Source of the DNA: an uncultured Chloroflexia bacterium
GTDB lineage: Bacteria > Chloroflexota > Limnocylindria > Limnocylindrales > CSP1-4
Assembly (NCBI GenBank): GCA_963766735.1
Contig: CAVYBU010000004.1
Coordinates: forward strand, 240,175-304,174
Length of the DNA stretch: 64,000 nt
Direction: 5' to 3'
Shown: positions 9,858 through 19,439 of the stretch, in pieces
Numbering within the stretch: position 1 is the first letter of the stretch
Layout of the letters: each line of letters starts with the position of its first letter
Notes under the pieces: model-generated
Seen by the model: the letters and a program-made list of their open reading frames with translations, nothing else
Database searches by the model: none
What the model was told of the DNA's origin: nothing
Made by a program: the position numbers and the translations under genes

Positions 9858-10859
9858 TCAGGGTGTCGCGGTCTCGCGGGAGACGGTGACGCGCTTGCGG
9901 AAGACCCAGTACGTCCACCCCTGGTAGACCAGGACCAGCGGCGTGAACACCACGGCCACCGCGGTCATGATCGTGAGGGTATACGGGGTCGAGGCCGCGT
10001 TGGTGGTCGTGAGGCTGAAGGCCGGGTCCGTCGAGGACGGCATCACGTCCGGGAACAGCGCCAGGAACAGGCTCGCCACGGCGAGCGCGATCGTGGCCGT
10101 GGAGCCGATGAACGCCCACCCCTCCCGGCGGAACCTCGCCGCGACCAGCGCGCCCACGAAGGCGATTGCCGCGATCACGGAGACGACGATCGAGAGCGTG
10201 GTGCCGGTCTGGGCGTTGGCCCAGGCGAGGAACGCGACGGCGACCACGGCCGTGGGCAGCCCCACCTTCGGCACCAGGCCGGCTGCGCGCTCACGGATCA
10301 CACCGTCGGTCTTGAGGCTCAGGAACACGAGGCCGTGGGTGATGAACAGGAGCAGGGTGGTCAGGCCGCCCAGGAGCCCGAACGGGTTGAGCAACGTGAG
10401 CAGGCTCCCGGTGAACTCCTTGTCGGCGTCGATCGGGACTCCCGCCACGATGTTCGCGAAGGCGACACCCCACAGGACGGCCGGCAGGAGGCTGCCCACC
10501 GCGATCAGGACGTCCATGCGCCCGCGCCAGGCGAGATCGCCGCGCTTGTTGCGGTACTCGATCCCGATGCCCCGGATGATCAGCCCGACCAGGATCAGGA
10601 ACAGGGCCAGGTAGAACCCTGAGAACAGCGTGGCGTACCACTCCGGGAACGCCGCGAACATGGCGCCGCCGGCGACCAGGACCCACACCTCGTTCCCGTC
10701 CCAGACGGGGCCGATCGTGCGGATCATCGCCCGCCGTTCGGGCTCGTTCCTGCCGATGACGTGAAGCAGGATGCCAACGCCGAAGTCGAAGCCCTCGAGA
10801 ACGAAGTAGCCGATGAACAGGATCGCGATCAGCGCGAACCAGATGGTCGTGAGCTCCAT
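9858..10859 (-). CDS. cydB: Cytochrome bd oxidase subunit II
   Basis: LEGFDFGVG, IGPVWDGNEVW, FAAFPEWYATLFSGFY and YQGWTYWVFRKRV motifs. Confidence 0.97.
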   Translation of the reverse strand: MELTTIWFALIAILFIGYFVLEGFDFGVGILLHVIGRNEPERRAMIRTIGPVWDGNEVWVLVAGGAMFAAFPEWYATLFSGFYLALFLILVGLIIRGIGIEYRNKRGDLAWRGRMDVLIAVGSLLPAVLWGVAFANIVAGVPIDADKEFTGSLLTLLNPFGLLGGLTTLLLFITHGLVFLSLKTDGVIRERAAGLVPKVGLPTAVVAVAFLAWANAQTGTTLSIVVSVIAAIAFVGALVAARFRREGWAFIGSTATIALAVASLFLALFPDVMPSSTDPAFSLTTTNAASTPYTLTIMTAVAVVFTPLVLVYQGWTYWVFRKRVTVSRETATP

Positions 10860-10868
10860 GCCGTTCCC

Positions 10869-12275
10869 CTAGTACCCGAGCCCGAGCGCCGGCTCGGCCT
10901 CGTGCTCGAAGCCGCGATCAGACGTGGCCGGCGGCAGGCCCGCCCGCACGCGCCGCACGACCAGGCCCACCATCACCACCGCGAGCACGCCGTAGAGCAG
11001 CGTGAAGCCCACCATCGTGATGAGCACCTCGGCGACGCTGGTGGTCGGTGAGACCCCGTTCGAAGTCCACATGAGGCCGTACACGATCCACGGCTGGCGG
11101 CCGATCTCCGTGAACAGCCAGCCGAACGAGTTGGCGGCCAGGGGCAAGAACGGCAGGAGCGCCGCGACCAGCACCGTCCGCCCGGCCGGCGTGCGGCCCT
11201 TGCGCATCCGGAACAGGAACCAGGCCGCCGCGAGAGCCGCCAGCGCGCCCATCCCGATCATCCACCGGAAGGTCCAGTACGTCACCGGTGTGTTCGGGGT
11301 GTAGTCGCCGGGGCCGAACAGGGCCTCCTCCCGCGCCTGGATGTCGTTGATGCCCTCGACCTTGCCGTCGAAGGTGCCCGTGGCGAGGAACGAGAGGAGG
11401 TACGGGATCCGGATCGAGAACAGCTCCTCCGTGCCATCCGGGGTGCCGATCGTGAAGATCGAGAAGGACGCGGGCTGCTCGGTCTCCCAGAGCGCCTCGG
11501 CGGCGGCCATCTTCATCGGCTGCTGCTCGGTCATGATCTTGCCCTGGATGTCGCCCGTGATCGCGACCAGCAGGCCCGACACCAGCAGCATGACCGCGCC
11601 GGCCTTGGCGGCCGACCGGAAGGGCGCGGCTTCCTCGGGCCGCTCCCGATCCTTGAGCATGCGGTACATCGCGATCCCGGCGAGGAAGGCGCCGGTCGTC
11701 ATGAACGCGGCCGAGATCGTGTGCGGGAAGGTGATCAGGTTCGTGCTGTTGGTGAGGAGGGCGAGGAAGTCGGTGAGCTCCGCGCGGCCGGTCGCCGGGT
11801 TGTACTCGTACCCGACGGGATGCTGCATCCAGGAGTTGGCGGCCAGGATGAAGTACGCGGAGAGCACCGTGCCGACGGCGGCGATCCAGATCGTGGCCAG
11901 GTGGACCCGCTTGCTGAGGCGGTCCCAGCCGAAGATCCACAGGCCCAGGAACGTGGACTCGAGGAAGAACGCCAGCAGGCCCTCGATCGCCAGCGGGGCA
12001 CCGAAGATGTCGCCCACGAAACGGCTGTAGCTGCTCCAGTTCATGCCGAACTGGAACTCCTGCACGATGCCCGTGACGAGGCCCAGGGCGAAGTTGATGA
12101 GGAACAGCTCGCCGAAGAACCGCGTGAGCCGCAGGTACGAGTCCTTGCCGGTCCTGTACCAGGCCGTCTGGAACCCGGCGACCGTGAACGCGAGGCCGAT
12201 TGTCAGCGGGACGAACAGGAAGTGGTAGACGGTGACGATGCCGAACTGCCACCGCGCGAGCATCAGCGGATCCAC
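10869..12275 (-). CDS. cydA: Cytochrome bd oxidase subunit I (short Q-loop type)
   Basis: LARWQF, HFLFVP, EFQFGMNW, FFLESTF, ANSWMQHP, QPMKMAAAE and EIGRQPW motifs; GTG start with GGAGG RBS. Confidence 0.97.
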   Translation of the reverse strand: MDPLMLARWQFGIVTVYHFLFVPLTIGLAFTVAGFQTAWYRTGKDSYLRLTRFFGELFLINFALGLVTGIVQEFQFGMNWSSYSRFVGDIFGAPLAIEGLLAFFLESTFLGLWIFGWDRLSKRVHLATIWIAAVGTVLSAYFILAANSWMQHPVGYEYNPATGRAELTDFLALLTNSTNLITFPHTISAAFMTTGAFLAGIAMYRMLKDRERPEEAAPFRSAAKAGAVMLLVSGLLVAITGDIQGKIMTEQQPMKMAAAEALWETEQPASFSIFTIGTPDGTEELFSIRIPYLLSFLATGTFDGKVEGINDIQAREEALFGPGDYTPNTPVTYWTFRWMIGMGALAALAAAWFLFRMRKGRTPAGRTVLVAALLPFLPLAANSFGWLFTEIGRQPWIVYGLMWTSNGVSPTTSVAEVLITMVGFTLLYGVLAVVMVGLVVRRVRAGLPPATSDRGFEHEAEPALGLGY

Positions 12276-12345
12276 GGGCTCTGGAACTCCTCCTGGGACG
12301 CGGCTGGTTCAGGAGGAGGGTGCCCGAAAGGCATCGCCGCGTGAT

Positions 12346-12403
12346 CGGCCGAAGGACCCGAAGGGAGCCGCCCGCCGCAGGTCATGCGGGGGCCGAGGGT
12401 CCC
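12346..12403. promoter_or_regulatory. Candidate DosR/DevR-like operator boxes upstream of cydA
   Basis: GGGTCCTTCGGCCG (rc of 12346-12359) and GGGACCCTCGGCCC (rc of 12390-12403) fit GGGAC-N4-GNCCC; the 12-mer GACCCTCGGCCC recurs at 9804-9815 before cydD. Confidence 0.45.
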
Positions 12404-12452
12404 GCGACCCGTCGGGCCGGTTGGCCGCCAGGCCCCTGGGGTCGCGCGGACC

Positions 12453-13106
12453 TCAGGCCGGGTCGGAACGGTCCTCGATCTCCCACGCGTGATCGAGGGC
12501 GTGCCAGGCGATTCGGCGCGCGGCGTACCGGGGCGGCCACTTCTTCCCGGCGACGGGCGAGCCGTCCGAGGGACGGCGCAGGACGTCGAGGATGTCTTCG
12601 CGCATCGTCGTGATCGCGGCCGGATCGACCGGCCTGTGCTTGCGGCCCATCACGGCGGCGTAGGCAGCGTCGGCATCGATGACGTGCTGCACCACCTTGG
12701 AGCGGTCCCGGCCACCACCGCGCGGTCCCTTGCGGAGCGCCTCCGGCGCCTTCGCCGCGATCCGGTCGAACTCCACCCAGGACGCCTCGACCAGCGCAGC
12801 AAGGCGCCCGGCCGCCACCGCATCCACCGGCGCCCGGTCCGACTCCGCGATGATCGCGGGGACACCGAACTCGGTGCTGGCGTTGCCCTCGGTACGCTCG
12901 ACCACCTCGATGGCGAGGTCGTCAGACGAGAATGCGAGGCCCGCCTCCGCCGCGACCTTCGCGTATCGGGGAACCGAGGCCAGCAGCGCCTCGGCGGCCA
13001 TCTCCTCCGTCTTCCCGCCACGCGAGAGGCCGGGCCAGTCCAGGGCCGACACGAAGACCTTCTTCGGGGTGGACTCGACGAGGACGCGGATCGAGGTTCG
13101 GCTCAT
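12453..13106 (-). CDS. Conserved hypothetical protein, DinB-like C-terminal helical bundle
   Basis: MSRTSIRVLVEST...LRKGPRGGGRDR...HVIDAD...RRIAWHALDHAWEIEDRS; CATACT -10 lies 7 nt before the ATG. Confidence 0.65.
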   Translation of the reverse strand: MSRTSIRVLVESTPKKVFVSALDWPGLSRGGKTEEMAAEALLASVPRYAKVAAEAGLAFSSDDLAIEVVERTEGNASTEFGVPAIIAESDRAPVDAVAAGRLAALVEASWVEFDRIAAKAPEALRKGPRGGGRDRSKVVQHVIDADAAYAAVMGRKHRPVDPAAITTMREDILDVLRRPSDGSPVAGKKWPPRYAARRIAWHALDHAWEIEDRSDPA

Positions 13107-13145
13107 GACGTCCAGTATGGCCGCCGCGGGCGATAGGCTGGTGCC

Positions 13146-14027
13146 ATGCCGACGATCTCGTTCTCGTCCGATCCCGCCGCGATCGACGTGGGCGAAGGCC
13201 TGTCGATCTCCGCCCGGTACTGGCGCGCGACGGCCGACCTGTGGACGCTGCCCGTGGCCATCGTGGCGGCTGTGACGGCGGTGGCGACATGGGTGATCGC
13301 GAGCTTCATGCCGGCTCCGGCGGCCCTGCCCACCGAGTACCTGCCGGACATGGACCTCCTTGCCACGATCGGGCCGTTCCTGCCGCAGCTGGTCGTGAGC
13401 ACGATCATCATCGGCACGGCGACGATGCTCGCGGGCTGGGTCTATCTCGCGATCGCCATCGCCGGCCTGCGCGGCTATCGGGTGATGCCCGGCTGGATCA
13501 TCCGGCGCGGGGTGCGCGCCTTTGCCGCGGACCTGCTCGTCACCGTCGCCTTCGCGGCGATCTTCGGGCTCCTCGCGCTGCTCTCGCTCTCCGGCGGACT
13601 CGGCCTCGTCGCCATCATCGTGGTCACGGCATTCGTGCCGGCGATCTACGTTTCGATCCGGCTGATCTTCTGGTCGCTGGCGATCTTCGACGGAGCCGAC
13701 ATCGTCGGCGGTCTCCACGCGACATGGAGGATCTCGCGTGGCGCGGTCGCCCGGATGCTGGGCTGGGGGCTCCTCGTCGGGGCCATCGGGTGGATGGTCC
13801 GCGCGGCGGCCGAATTCGTGACGACGCCCCTTGGGGACGCGAACCCGGTCCGGGCCGGGATCACGGCCGCGGCCACGGAGGCGTTCGCGGCATACGGAAC
13901 GATCGCGCTCGCCGTCATCTACGAGAGCCAGCGCCGGCGGGCAATCCTGGCATCACCCGCGGCAGCGCCCGCGGGGCCCCCTCCATCGTCGAGCCAGGTC
14001 GGTCCGCCGCCCCCTCCTCCTCGCTGA
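13146..14027 (+). CDS. Integral membrane protein of unknown function (about 6 TM, Pro-rich tail)
   Basis: Multiple hydrophobic segments; TAGGCT -10 lies 6 nt before the ATG. Confidence 0.7.
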   Translation: MPTISFSSDPAAIDVGEGLSISARYWRATADLWTLPVAIVAAVTAVATWVIASFMPAPAALPTEYLPDMDLLATIGPFLPQLVVSTIIIGTATMLAGWVYLAIAIAGLRGYRVMPGWIIRRGVRAFAADLLVTVAFAAIFGLLALLSLSGGLGLVAIIVVTAFVPAIYVSIRLIFWSLAIFDGADIVGGLHATWRISRGAVARMLGWGLLVGAIGWMVRAAAEFVTTPLGDANPVRAGITAAATEAFAAYGTIALAVIYESQRRRAILASPAAAPAGPPPSSSQVGPPPPPPR

Positions 14028-14045
14028 GAGTCGCCCGGCGGGAGA

Positions 14046-14891
14046 TCAGACGCGCGTCGCGGCCCGCAGCTTCATCACGAGCGACGCCAGGGCGGAGGTG
14101 TTCCGGCCGTCCGGGCCCAGGGCGTCCACCAGCGCAGAGGCGACGATGACTCCGTCCGCACCCGCCCTTGCGATCGCCCGAACGTGCGCCGGCTTCGACA
14201 CCCCGAACCCGACCGCGACCGGCACGGGCGAGACCGCAGTCACGTCCCGGACCAGCTTCGCGACGCTGGTTGGCAGCGACGTCCGGGCACCGGTCACACC
14301 GACCAGGGAGACGCAGTAGAGGAACCCGCCGCTCCGGGCCGCGACGGCGGCACGCCTGGCAGGCGTGGAGGTCGGGGCAACCAGGTACACGACCGCAATA
14401 CCGGCATCGGCGGCCACCGCCTCGAACGGCCCGCCCTCGTCGGGGGTGAGGTCCGCCACGATGACGCCGGCAACGCCGGCCTTCGCCAGGCCGCGCGCCC
14501 GGTCCCGGCCATCGCCGCCGCCGATGAGCTGGTTCGCGTAACCCATCGCAACCACGGGAACGGCGGGGCGAGCCGCGGCGATCCGCGCGGTCAGGGCCAG
14601 CGACCGGTCGAACGTGGCGCCCGCCGCCAGCGCACCCTGGGACGCCCGCTGGAGCGTGGCCCCGTCCGCGAGCGGGTCCGAGTACGGCAGGCCGACCTCG
14701 AGCAGGTCCGCCCCTGCATCGATCGCCCCGCACGCGGCGGCAAAGGAGGCCTCCGCGTCCGGGTAGCCCGCCACGACGTACGGGATCAGGGCCGCGCGCC
14801 CATCGGCGCGGGCCCTGGCAAAGGCGGCCGCGATCCGGCGGGCACCGGCCGTGTCGTTGGTGTGGGCCGGGACCTGCGCCGTGAGGTTCAT
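14046..14891 (-). CDS. trpA: Tryptophan synthase alpha chain
   Basis: ALIPYVVAGYP, EVGLPYSDPLADGATLQ, SLVGVTG, VGFGV and ADGVIVAS motifs. Confidence 0.96.
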   Translation of the reverse strand: MNLTAQVPAHTNDTAGARRIAAAFARARADGRAALIPYVVAGYPDAEASFAAACGAIDAGADLLEVGLPYSDPLADGATLQRASQGALAAGATFDRSLALTARIAAARPAVPVVAMGYANQLIGGGDGRDRARGLAKAGVAGVIVADLTPDEGGPFEAVAADAGIAVVYLVAPTSTPARRAAVAARSGGFLYCVSLVGVTGARTSLPTSVAKLVRDVTAVSPVPVAVGFGVSKPAHVRAIARAGADGVIVASALVDALGPDGRNTSALASLVMKLRAATRV

Positions 14892-17704
14892 CGGACCCCC
14901 TCCCAGGGATCGACGTCGGCGAACCGCTCCAGCGCATCCATATCCTTGTCGCCGCGTCCCGAGAACCCGACCAGGATCACCGAGCCCTCCGCGTACGGCA
15001 GCCCGGATCCCTCGAGCCCGGCCAGCAGCTTCGGCAACGCAGCCACCGCGTGCGAGGTCTCGAGCGCGGGCAGGATGCCCTCGAGCCTGGTCACCGTCTT
15101 CATCGCCGCGATCGCCTCGCGGTCCGTGGCCGTCCCCACCTCCATCCGCCCGGCCTCGGCGAGCGCCGCCAGCTGCGGGCCGACGCCCGGGTAGTCCAGG
15201 CCGGCCGACGCGCTGTGCGCTTCGACCACCTGCCCGTCGCGGTCCTGGAGCATCAGCGAGCGGGATCCGTGGAGGATCCCCGGCGTCCCGCCCACGATGG
15301 CGGCCGCGTGACGCCCGGTCTCCACGCCGTCGCCCGCGGCCTCGGCCACCGCCAGGCGAACGGCCGGCTCGCCGATGAACCGGGCCAGCAGGCCGATGGC
15401 GTTCGATCCGCCGCCGACGCAGGCGAGCGCGAGATCCGGCAGCCGGCCCTCCACGGCGCTCAGCTGGGCCGCGGCCTCGTCGCCGATGCGGCGTTGCAGG
15501 TCTCGCACGATCGTGGGGTACGGGTGCGGGCCCATCGCGCTGCCCAGGACGTAGTGCGTGGTCTCGACGTTGGTCACCCAGTCGCGCATCGCCTCGTTGA
15601 CCGCGTCCTTGAGGGTGGCTGTGCCGGACGTGACGGACCGGACCTCCGTGCCCAGGGCCCGCATCCGGAGCACGTTCGGAGCCTGGCGGCGGATGTCCTC
15701 CTCGCCCATGAACACGACGCACGGCAGGCCGAGGAGGGCGCAGGCCGTCGCCGTCGCGACGCCGTGCTGGCCCGCGCCGGTCTCCGCGATGACGCGTGTC
15801 TTGCCCAGCCGGCGCGTGAGCAGCGCCTGGCCGAGGGCGTTGTTGATCTTGTGGGCGCCGGTGTGGGCCAGGTCCTCGCGCTTGAGGTAGATCCGGAATC
15901 GCTGCGGAATGGGCGTCGTCCGACGGCTGGCTGCCGCGGCCAGGCGCCGTGCCTCCATGGCGACGGCCCCGGCCAGGCGGTCCGCCCGGTACAGCGAGGT
16001 CGGCCGCCCGGCGAAACGCGCCAGCAGCTCGTCCAGCTCCGCCCAGAACCGCGGATCGTGGCGGATCGCGTCGTAGGCCGCCTCGAGCCCCTCCAGCGCG
16101 CCCACCAGCGTCTCGGGGACGTACCGCCCTCCGAAGTCACGCTCCTTGCCCCAGCGGCCGAAGGCATCGACCTCCAGCAGGCCGGCGTGCACCGGCGTGG
16201 GCCCGAATGCGACGTTGGGCCGATGCCGGCGGGCGTCCCGGGCGCGCTTGACGAACAGAGCCACGGCGAGAGGGTCCTTGCGCGGGCGCTCGCCGGAGAC
16301 GCGTGGGTGATCGGTGCCCGAGGCCACGTCCACGCCGGTGGCCGGCACCGCCAGCACCGCCTCGCCGACATTCGCGGCCACCAGCCCGCCGGCGAGGGTG
16401 ATCGGCACCTCGCGGGCAACGGCGGCCGCCAGGGCCGTGTCCACGCGCAGTCCCGTGCCACCCGGATGCGGACCGCCGGCGGCGTCCAGGAGGATCCGGG
16501 CGGCGCCGGCGTCGAGGTAGGCGCGAGCGCGGGAGGCAACGTCCGCCGCAAGGTCGCCGGCCCCCACGCGGATCGCCTTCCAGGCGGGGCGGCCGATGCC
16601 GGCGAGTGCCGAGACGGGCTCGTCGCCGCTCAGCTGGACGGCGTCCGGGTTCACGGCCAGGATCACCCGCGCCAGCTCGGCCGCGGGCAGGTTCGCCGTC
16701 ACGATCACGATCTGCGGACGCGTGGCGCCAACCTCGGCGCTCCGGGCCAGGCCCGCCAGCGCCACGCCCTCCTCGATCGAGAGCACGCGGGGCGTGCCGG
16801 GCGCGAAGTTGAGCCCGATGGCGTCGGCGCCGGCGCGGACCGCGGCCAGGATCCCGGCCTCGTCGGTGACCCCGCAGATCTTGACGATGGGCTCGCGCGC
16901 TGCAGCCGCCAGATCCCGCGGGTGCGCACCCGCCGCGACGAACGCACGTGCCGCCGCGGCCGGGTCCGCGGACCGCATGAGGGCCTCGCCCACGAGGGCT
17001 GCATCGAACCCGGTGGCGCGCCAGCGGGCGATGGTGGCGGCGTCCCGGACGCCGGACTCCGCGATGGCGAGCCTGTCACCAGGGACCAGCTCCCGCATCC
17101 GGACGGCCCGCTCCGGGTCCACGTCCAGCGTCCGCAGGTCCCGGTTGTTGATCCCGATCAGCCGCGCGCCGCTGGCCAGCGCGCTGTCGATCTCCCGGGC
17201 GTCGTGCGCCTCCACCAGCGGCTCCAGGCCGAGATCCCGGGCCTGTGCCGCCAGTCGTGCCAGGCGCTTCGCCGGGTGCAGCACCGCCAGGAGAAGGACG
17301 ATGTCCGCCCCGGCCGACCGGAGGAGGTCGAGCTGCCGGGGATCGACGATGAACTCCTTGGCCAGGACGGGCACGGAGACCGCCGCCCGCACCGCACGCA
17401 GGTCGTCCACGGAGCCACCGAACCAGTGGGGCTCGCAGAGGACGGAGATCGCCGCGGCACCGCCCTCCGCGTAGGCCCGGGCGCGGACCACGGCGTCGTC
17501 GCCGGCGGCGATGGCACCGGCGGACGGGGACGATCGCTTGACCTCGGCGATGAGGTGGAGGCCGGGCGCAGCGAGCGCGTCCACGATGGACCGCGGCGCC
17601 GAGGCCGCGGCGACGGCACGGGCGAGTCCAGCCCGTCCGAGGGCGTCCAGCTCCGGGGCGACGTCGGCCAGGCGCCGCGCGGCGATCTCGTGGACGACCG
17701 TCAT
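14888..17704 (-). CDS. trpCFB: Trifunctional fusion: indole-3-glycerol-phosphate synthase (TrpC), PRA isomerase (TrpF) and tryptophan synthase beta (TrpB), 938 aa
   Basis: One uninterrupted frame: IAEVKRSSPS, GINNRDL, AESG (TrpC); VKICGVT, AGGL, GVDVASG (TrpF); FGGRYVPE, KREDLAHTGAHKINN, ETGAGQHG, SGRGDKD (TrpB). Confidence 0.9.
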   Translation of the reverse strand: MTVVHEIAARRLADVAPELDALGRAGLARAVAAASAPRSIVDALAAPGLHLIAEVKRSSPSAGAIAAGDDAVVRARAYAEGGAAAISVLCEPHWFGGSVDDLRAVRAAVSVPVLAKEFIVDPRQLDLLRSAGADIVLLLAVLHPAKRLARLAAQARDLGLEPLVEAHDAREIDSALASGARLIGINNRDLRTLDVDPERAVRMRELVPGDRLAIAESGVRDAATIARWRATGFDAALVGEALMRSADPAAAARAFVAAGAHPRDLAAAAREPIVKICGVTDEAGILAAVRAGADAIGLNFAPGTPRVLSIEEGVALAGLARSAEVGATRPQIVIVTANLPAAELARVILAVNPDAVQLSGDEPVSALAGIGRPAWKAIRVGAGDLAADVASRARAYLDAGAARILLDAAGGPHPGGTGLRVDTALAAAVAREVPITLAGGLVAANVGEAVLAVPATGVDVASGTDHPRVSGERPRKDPLAVALFVKRARDARRHRPNVAFGPTPVHAGLLEVDAFGRWGKERDFGGRYVPETLVGALEGLEAAYDAIRHDPRFWAELDELLARFAGRPTSLYRADRLAGAVAMEARRLAAAASRRTTPIPQRFRIYLKREDLAHTGAHKINNALGQALLTRRLGKTRVIAETGAGQHGVATATACALLGLPCVVFMGEEDIRRQAPNVLRMRALGTEVRSVTSGTATLKDAVNEAMRDWVTNVETTHYVLGSAMGPHPYPTIVRDLQRRIGDEAAAQLSAVEGRLPDLALACVGGGSNAIGLLARFIGEPAVRLAVAEAAGDGVETGRHAAAIVGGTPGILHGSRSLMLQDRDGQVVEAHSASAGLDYPGVGPQLAALAEAGRMEVGTATDREAIAAMKTVTRLEGILPALETSHAVAALPKLLAGLEGSGLPYAEGSVILVGFSGRGDKDMDALERFADVDPWEGVR

Positions 17705-18732
17705 GCCCTGCTCCCGTCCGCGGCCTTCCGCTCGGCCCGCAGGTCTTTCAGGAGCTCGGCGGCAAGCCCGGCGTCCACGGTGAGCGCCGCGCGGTCGATG
17801 CCCTCCTCGATCGTGTCGACCACGCCCGCGGCAACCAGCGCCGCTCCGGCGTTGAGCAGCACCACGTCCCGCCGCGCGCTGGGCTCGCCGTGGAGCACGC
17901 CCTGGACCAGCGCCGCGTTCGTGGCGGGATCGGACCCTCCCAGGGCGGTCGTCTTCGCCCGCTTGAGGCCCATCGGCTCGGGCTCGACCGTCCGCCGCTC
18001 GATGCCGGCCTGCGTCACGTCGTAGATCACGCCCGACCCGTCGAGCGGCAGCTCGTCCACGCCGGCACCGTGCACCACCAGGGACCGTTCGGTGCCGAGG
18101 AGCCGGAGCACCTCCGCGATCCGCGGCGCCGCGGCCGCGTCCCCCACCCCGATCAGCCCACGGGTCGCGCCGGCAGGGTTGGTGAGGGGCCCGAGCAGGT
18201 TGAACGCGGTCCGGACGCCGATCTCGCGGCGCGTGGGGCCCGCGTGGCGCATCGCCGGGTGGAAGGCCGGCGCGAACAGGAACGCGAAGCCAAGCTCGCG
18301 GATCGCCTGTCCGGCGGACGCCGCGTCGTGGTCGATGCGGATCCCCAGCGCGTCCAGCACGTCCGCGGAGCCGGACCTGGAGGTGATCGCCCGGTTCCCG
18401 TGCTTGGCCACCGGGACCCCGCAGGCGGCCACGACCAGCGCCGCCGTCGTGGAGATGTTGAAGGTCCCCGACCCGTCGCCGCCGGTCCCCACGATGTCGA
18501 TCGTTCCCTCGGGCGCCTCCACCCGCACGACGCGCTCGCGCATCGCGGACGCAAAGCCCGCCAGCTCCTCGACCGTCTCGCCGCGCATCCGCAGGCCCAT
18601 GAGCAGCGCCGCGAGCTGGGACGGCGTGGCCTCCCCGTCCATCACGGCACCCATCGCCAGGCGGGCCTCGTCCAGGGAGAGGGTGCGTCCCTCGACGATC
18701 GCGGTGAGGGCGGCGCGTACCTGGTCGCTCAT
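17701..18732 (-). CDS. trpD: Anthranilate phosphoribosyltransferase
   Basis: GTGGDGSGTFNIST, KHGNRAITSRSGSAD and FNLLGPLTNP motifs. Confidence 0.96.
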   Translation of the reverse strand: MSDQVRAALTAIVEGRTLSLDEARLAMGAVMDGEATPSQLAALLMGLRMRGETVEELAGFASAMRERVVRVEAPEGTIDIVGTGGDGSGTFNISTTAALVVAACGVPVAKHGNRAITSRSGSADVLDALGIRIDHDAASAGQAIRELGFAFLFAPAFHPAMRHAGPTRREIGVRTAFNLLGPLTNPAGATRGLIGVGDAAAAPRIAEVLRLLGTERSLVVHGAGVDELPLDGSGVIYDVTQAGIERRTVEPEPMGLKRAKTTALGGSDPATNAALVQGVLHGEPSARRDVVLLNAGAALVAAGVVDTIEEGIDRAALTVDAGLAAELLKDLRAERKAADGSRA

Positions 18733-19439
18733 CGGGCGGTCTCCGTGACTGGGCCAACGCGCTCGCCTGCGCCCTCCTCGTCACGCTCGGCCATCCCGCG
18801 GGTCGCGAAGGTCCCGGTCGCATCGTCCAGGCGCGAGGCTTCCCCCTCCCCCGCGAGGCGGAGGAAGTTCGCGAGCAGGTGCGGGCCAGAGGGCGTGAGC
18901 ACGGACTCGGGGTGGAACTGCACGCCCTCGATGGGCAGCGTGCGGTGGCGAAGACCCATCACCACGCCGTCCTCCGGGCTGGTGGCGGTCACGTACAGGT
19001 CCTCGGGCAGGGTGGCGGGATCGACGCACAGGGAGTGGTAGCGGGCGGCCGGGAAGTGGTCGGGCATGCCGGACAGAAGACCCAGCCCGTCGTGGGCGAT
19101 GTCCGATGCCTCGCCGTGGACGAGGGTGGGGGCTCGGACGATCGCGGCACCCCAGGCGACGGCCATGGACTGCATGCCGAGGCAGACGCCCAGCAGCGGG
19201 ATCTGCCGGTCGATGGCGACCCTGATCGTGTCCACCGAGACACCGGCGGTGCCCGGGTTGCCGGGGCCGGGCGAGACGATGATGCCCCGGAGATCCTGGG
19301 CGGGATCTTCAGCCATGGCCTCGACGCCCTCGCGAGTGATCTCGTCGTTCCGGATGACGCGGACGGCGGCGCCTGCCGCCTGGAGCGCCTGGACGAGGTT
19401 GAAGGTGAAGCTGTCGTAGTTGTCGATGACCAGGATCAC
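18729..19439 (-). CDS. trpG: Anthranilate synthase glutamine amidotransferase component
   Basis: IDNYDSFTFNL, SPGPG, GVCLG, RYHSL and QFHPES motifs. Confidence 0.95.
   Translation of the reverse strand: MILVIDNYDSFTFNLVQALQAAGAAVRVIRNDEITREGVEAMAEDPAQDLRGIIVSPGPGNPGTAGVSVDTIRVAIDRQIPLLGVCLGMQSMAVAWGAAIVRAPTLVHGEASDIAHDGLGLLSGMPDHFPAARYHSLCVDPATLPEDLYVTATSPEDGVVMGLRHRTLPIEGVQFHPESVLTPSGPHLLANFLRLAGEGEASRLDDATGTFATRGMAERDEEGAGERVGPVTETAR

Noticed and set aside
14888-18823. 1311-aa ORF suggesting an even larger Trp fusion
   Set aside because: The first ~370 codons are an off-frame shadow of trpD; the real start is ATG 17704, overlapping the trpD stop
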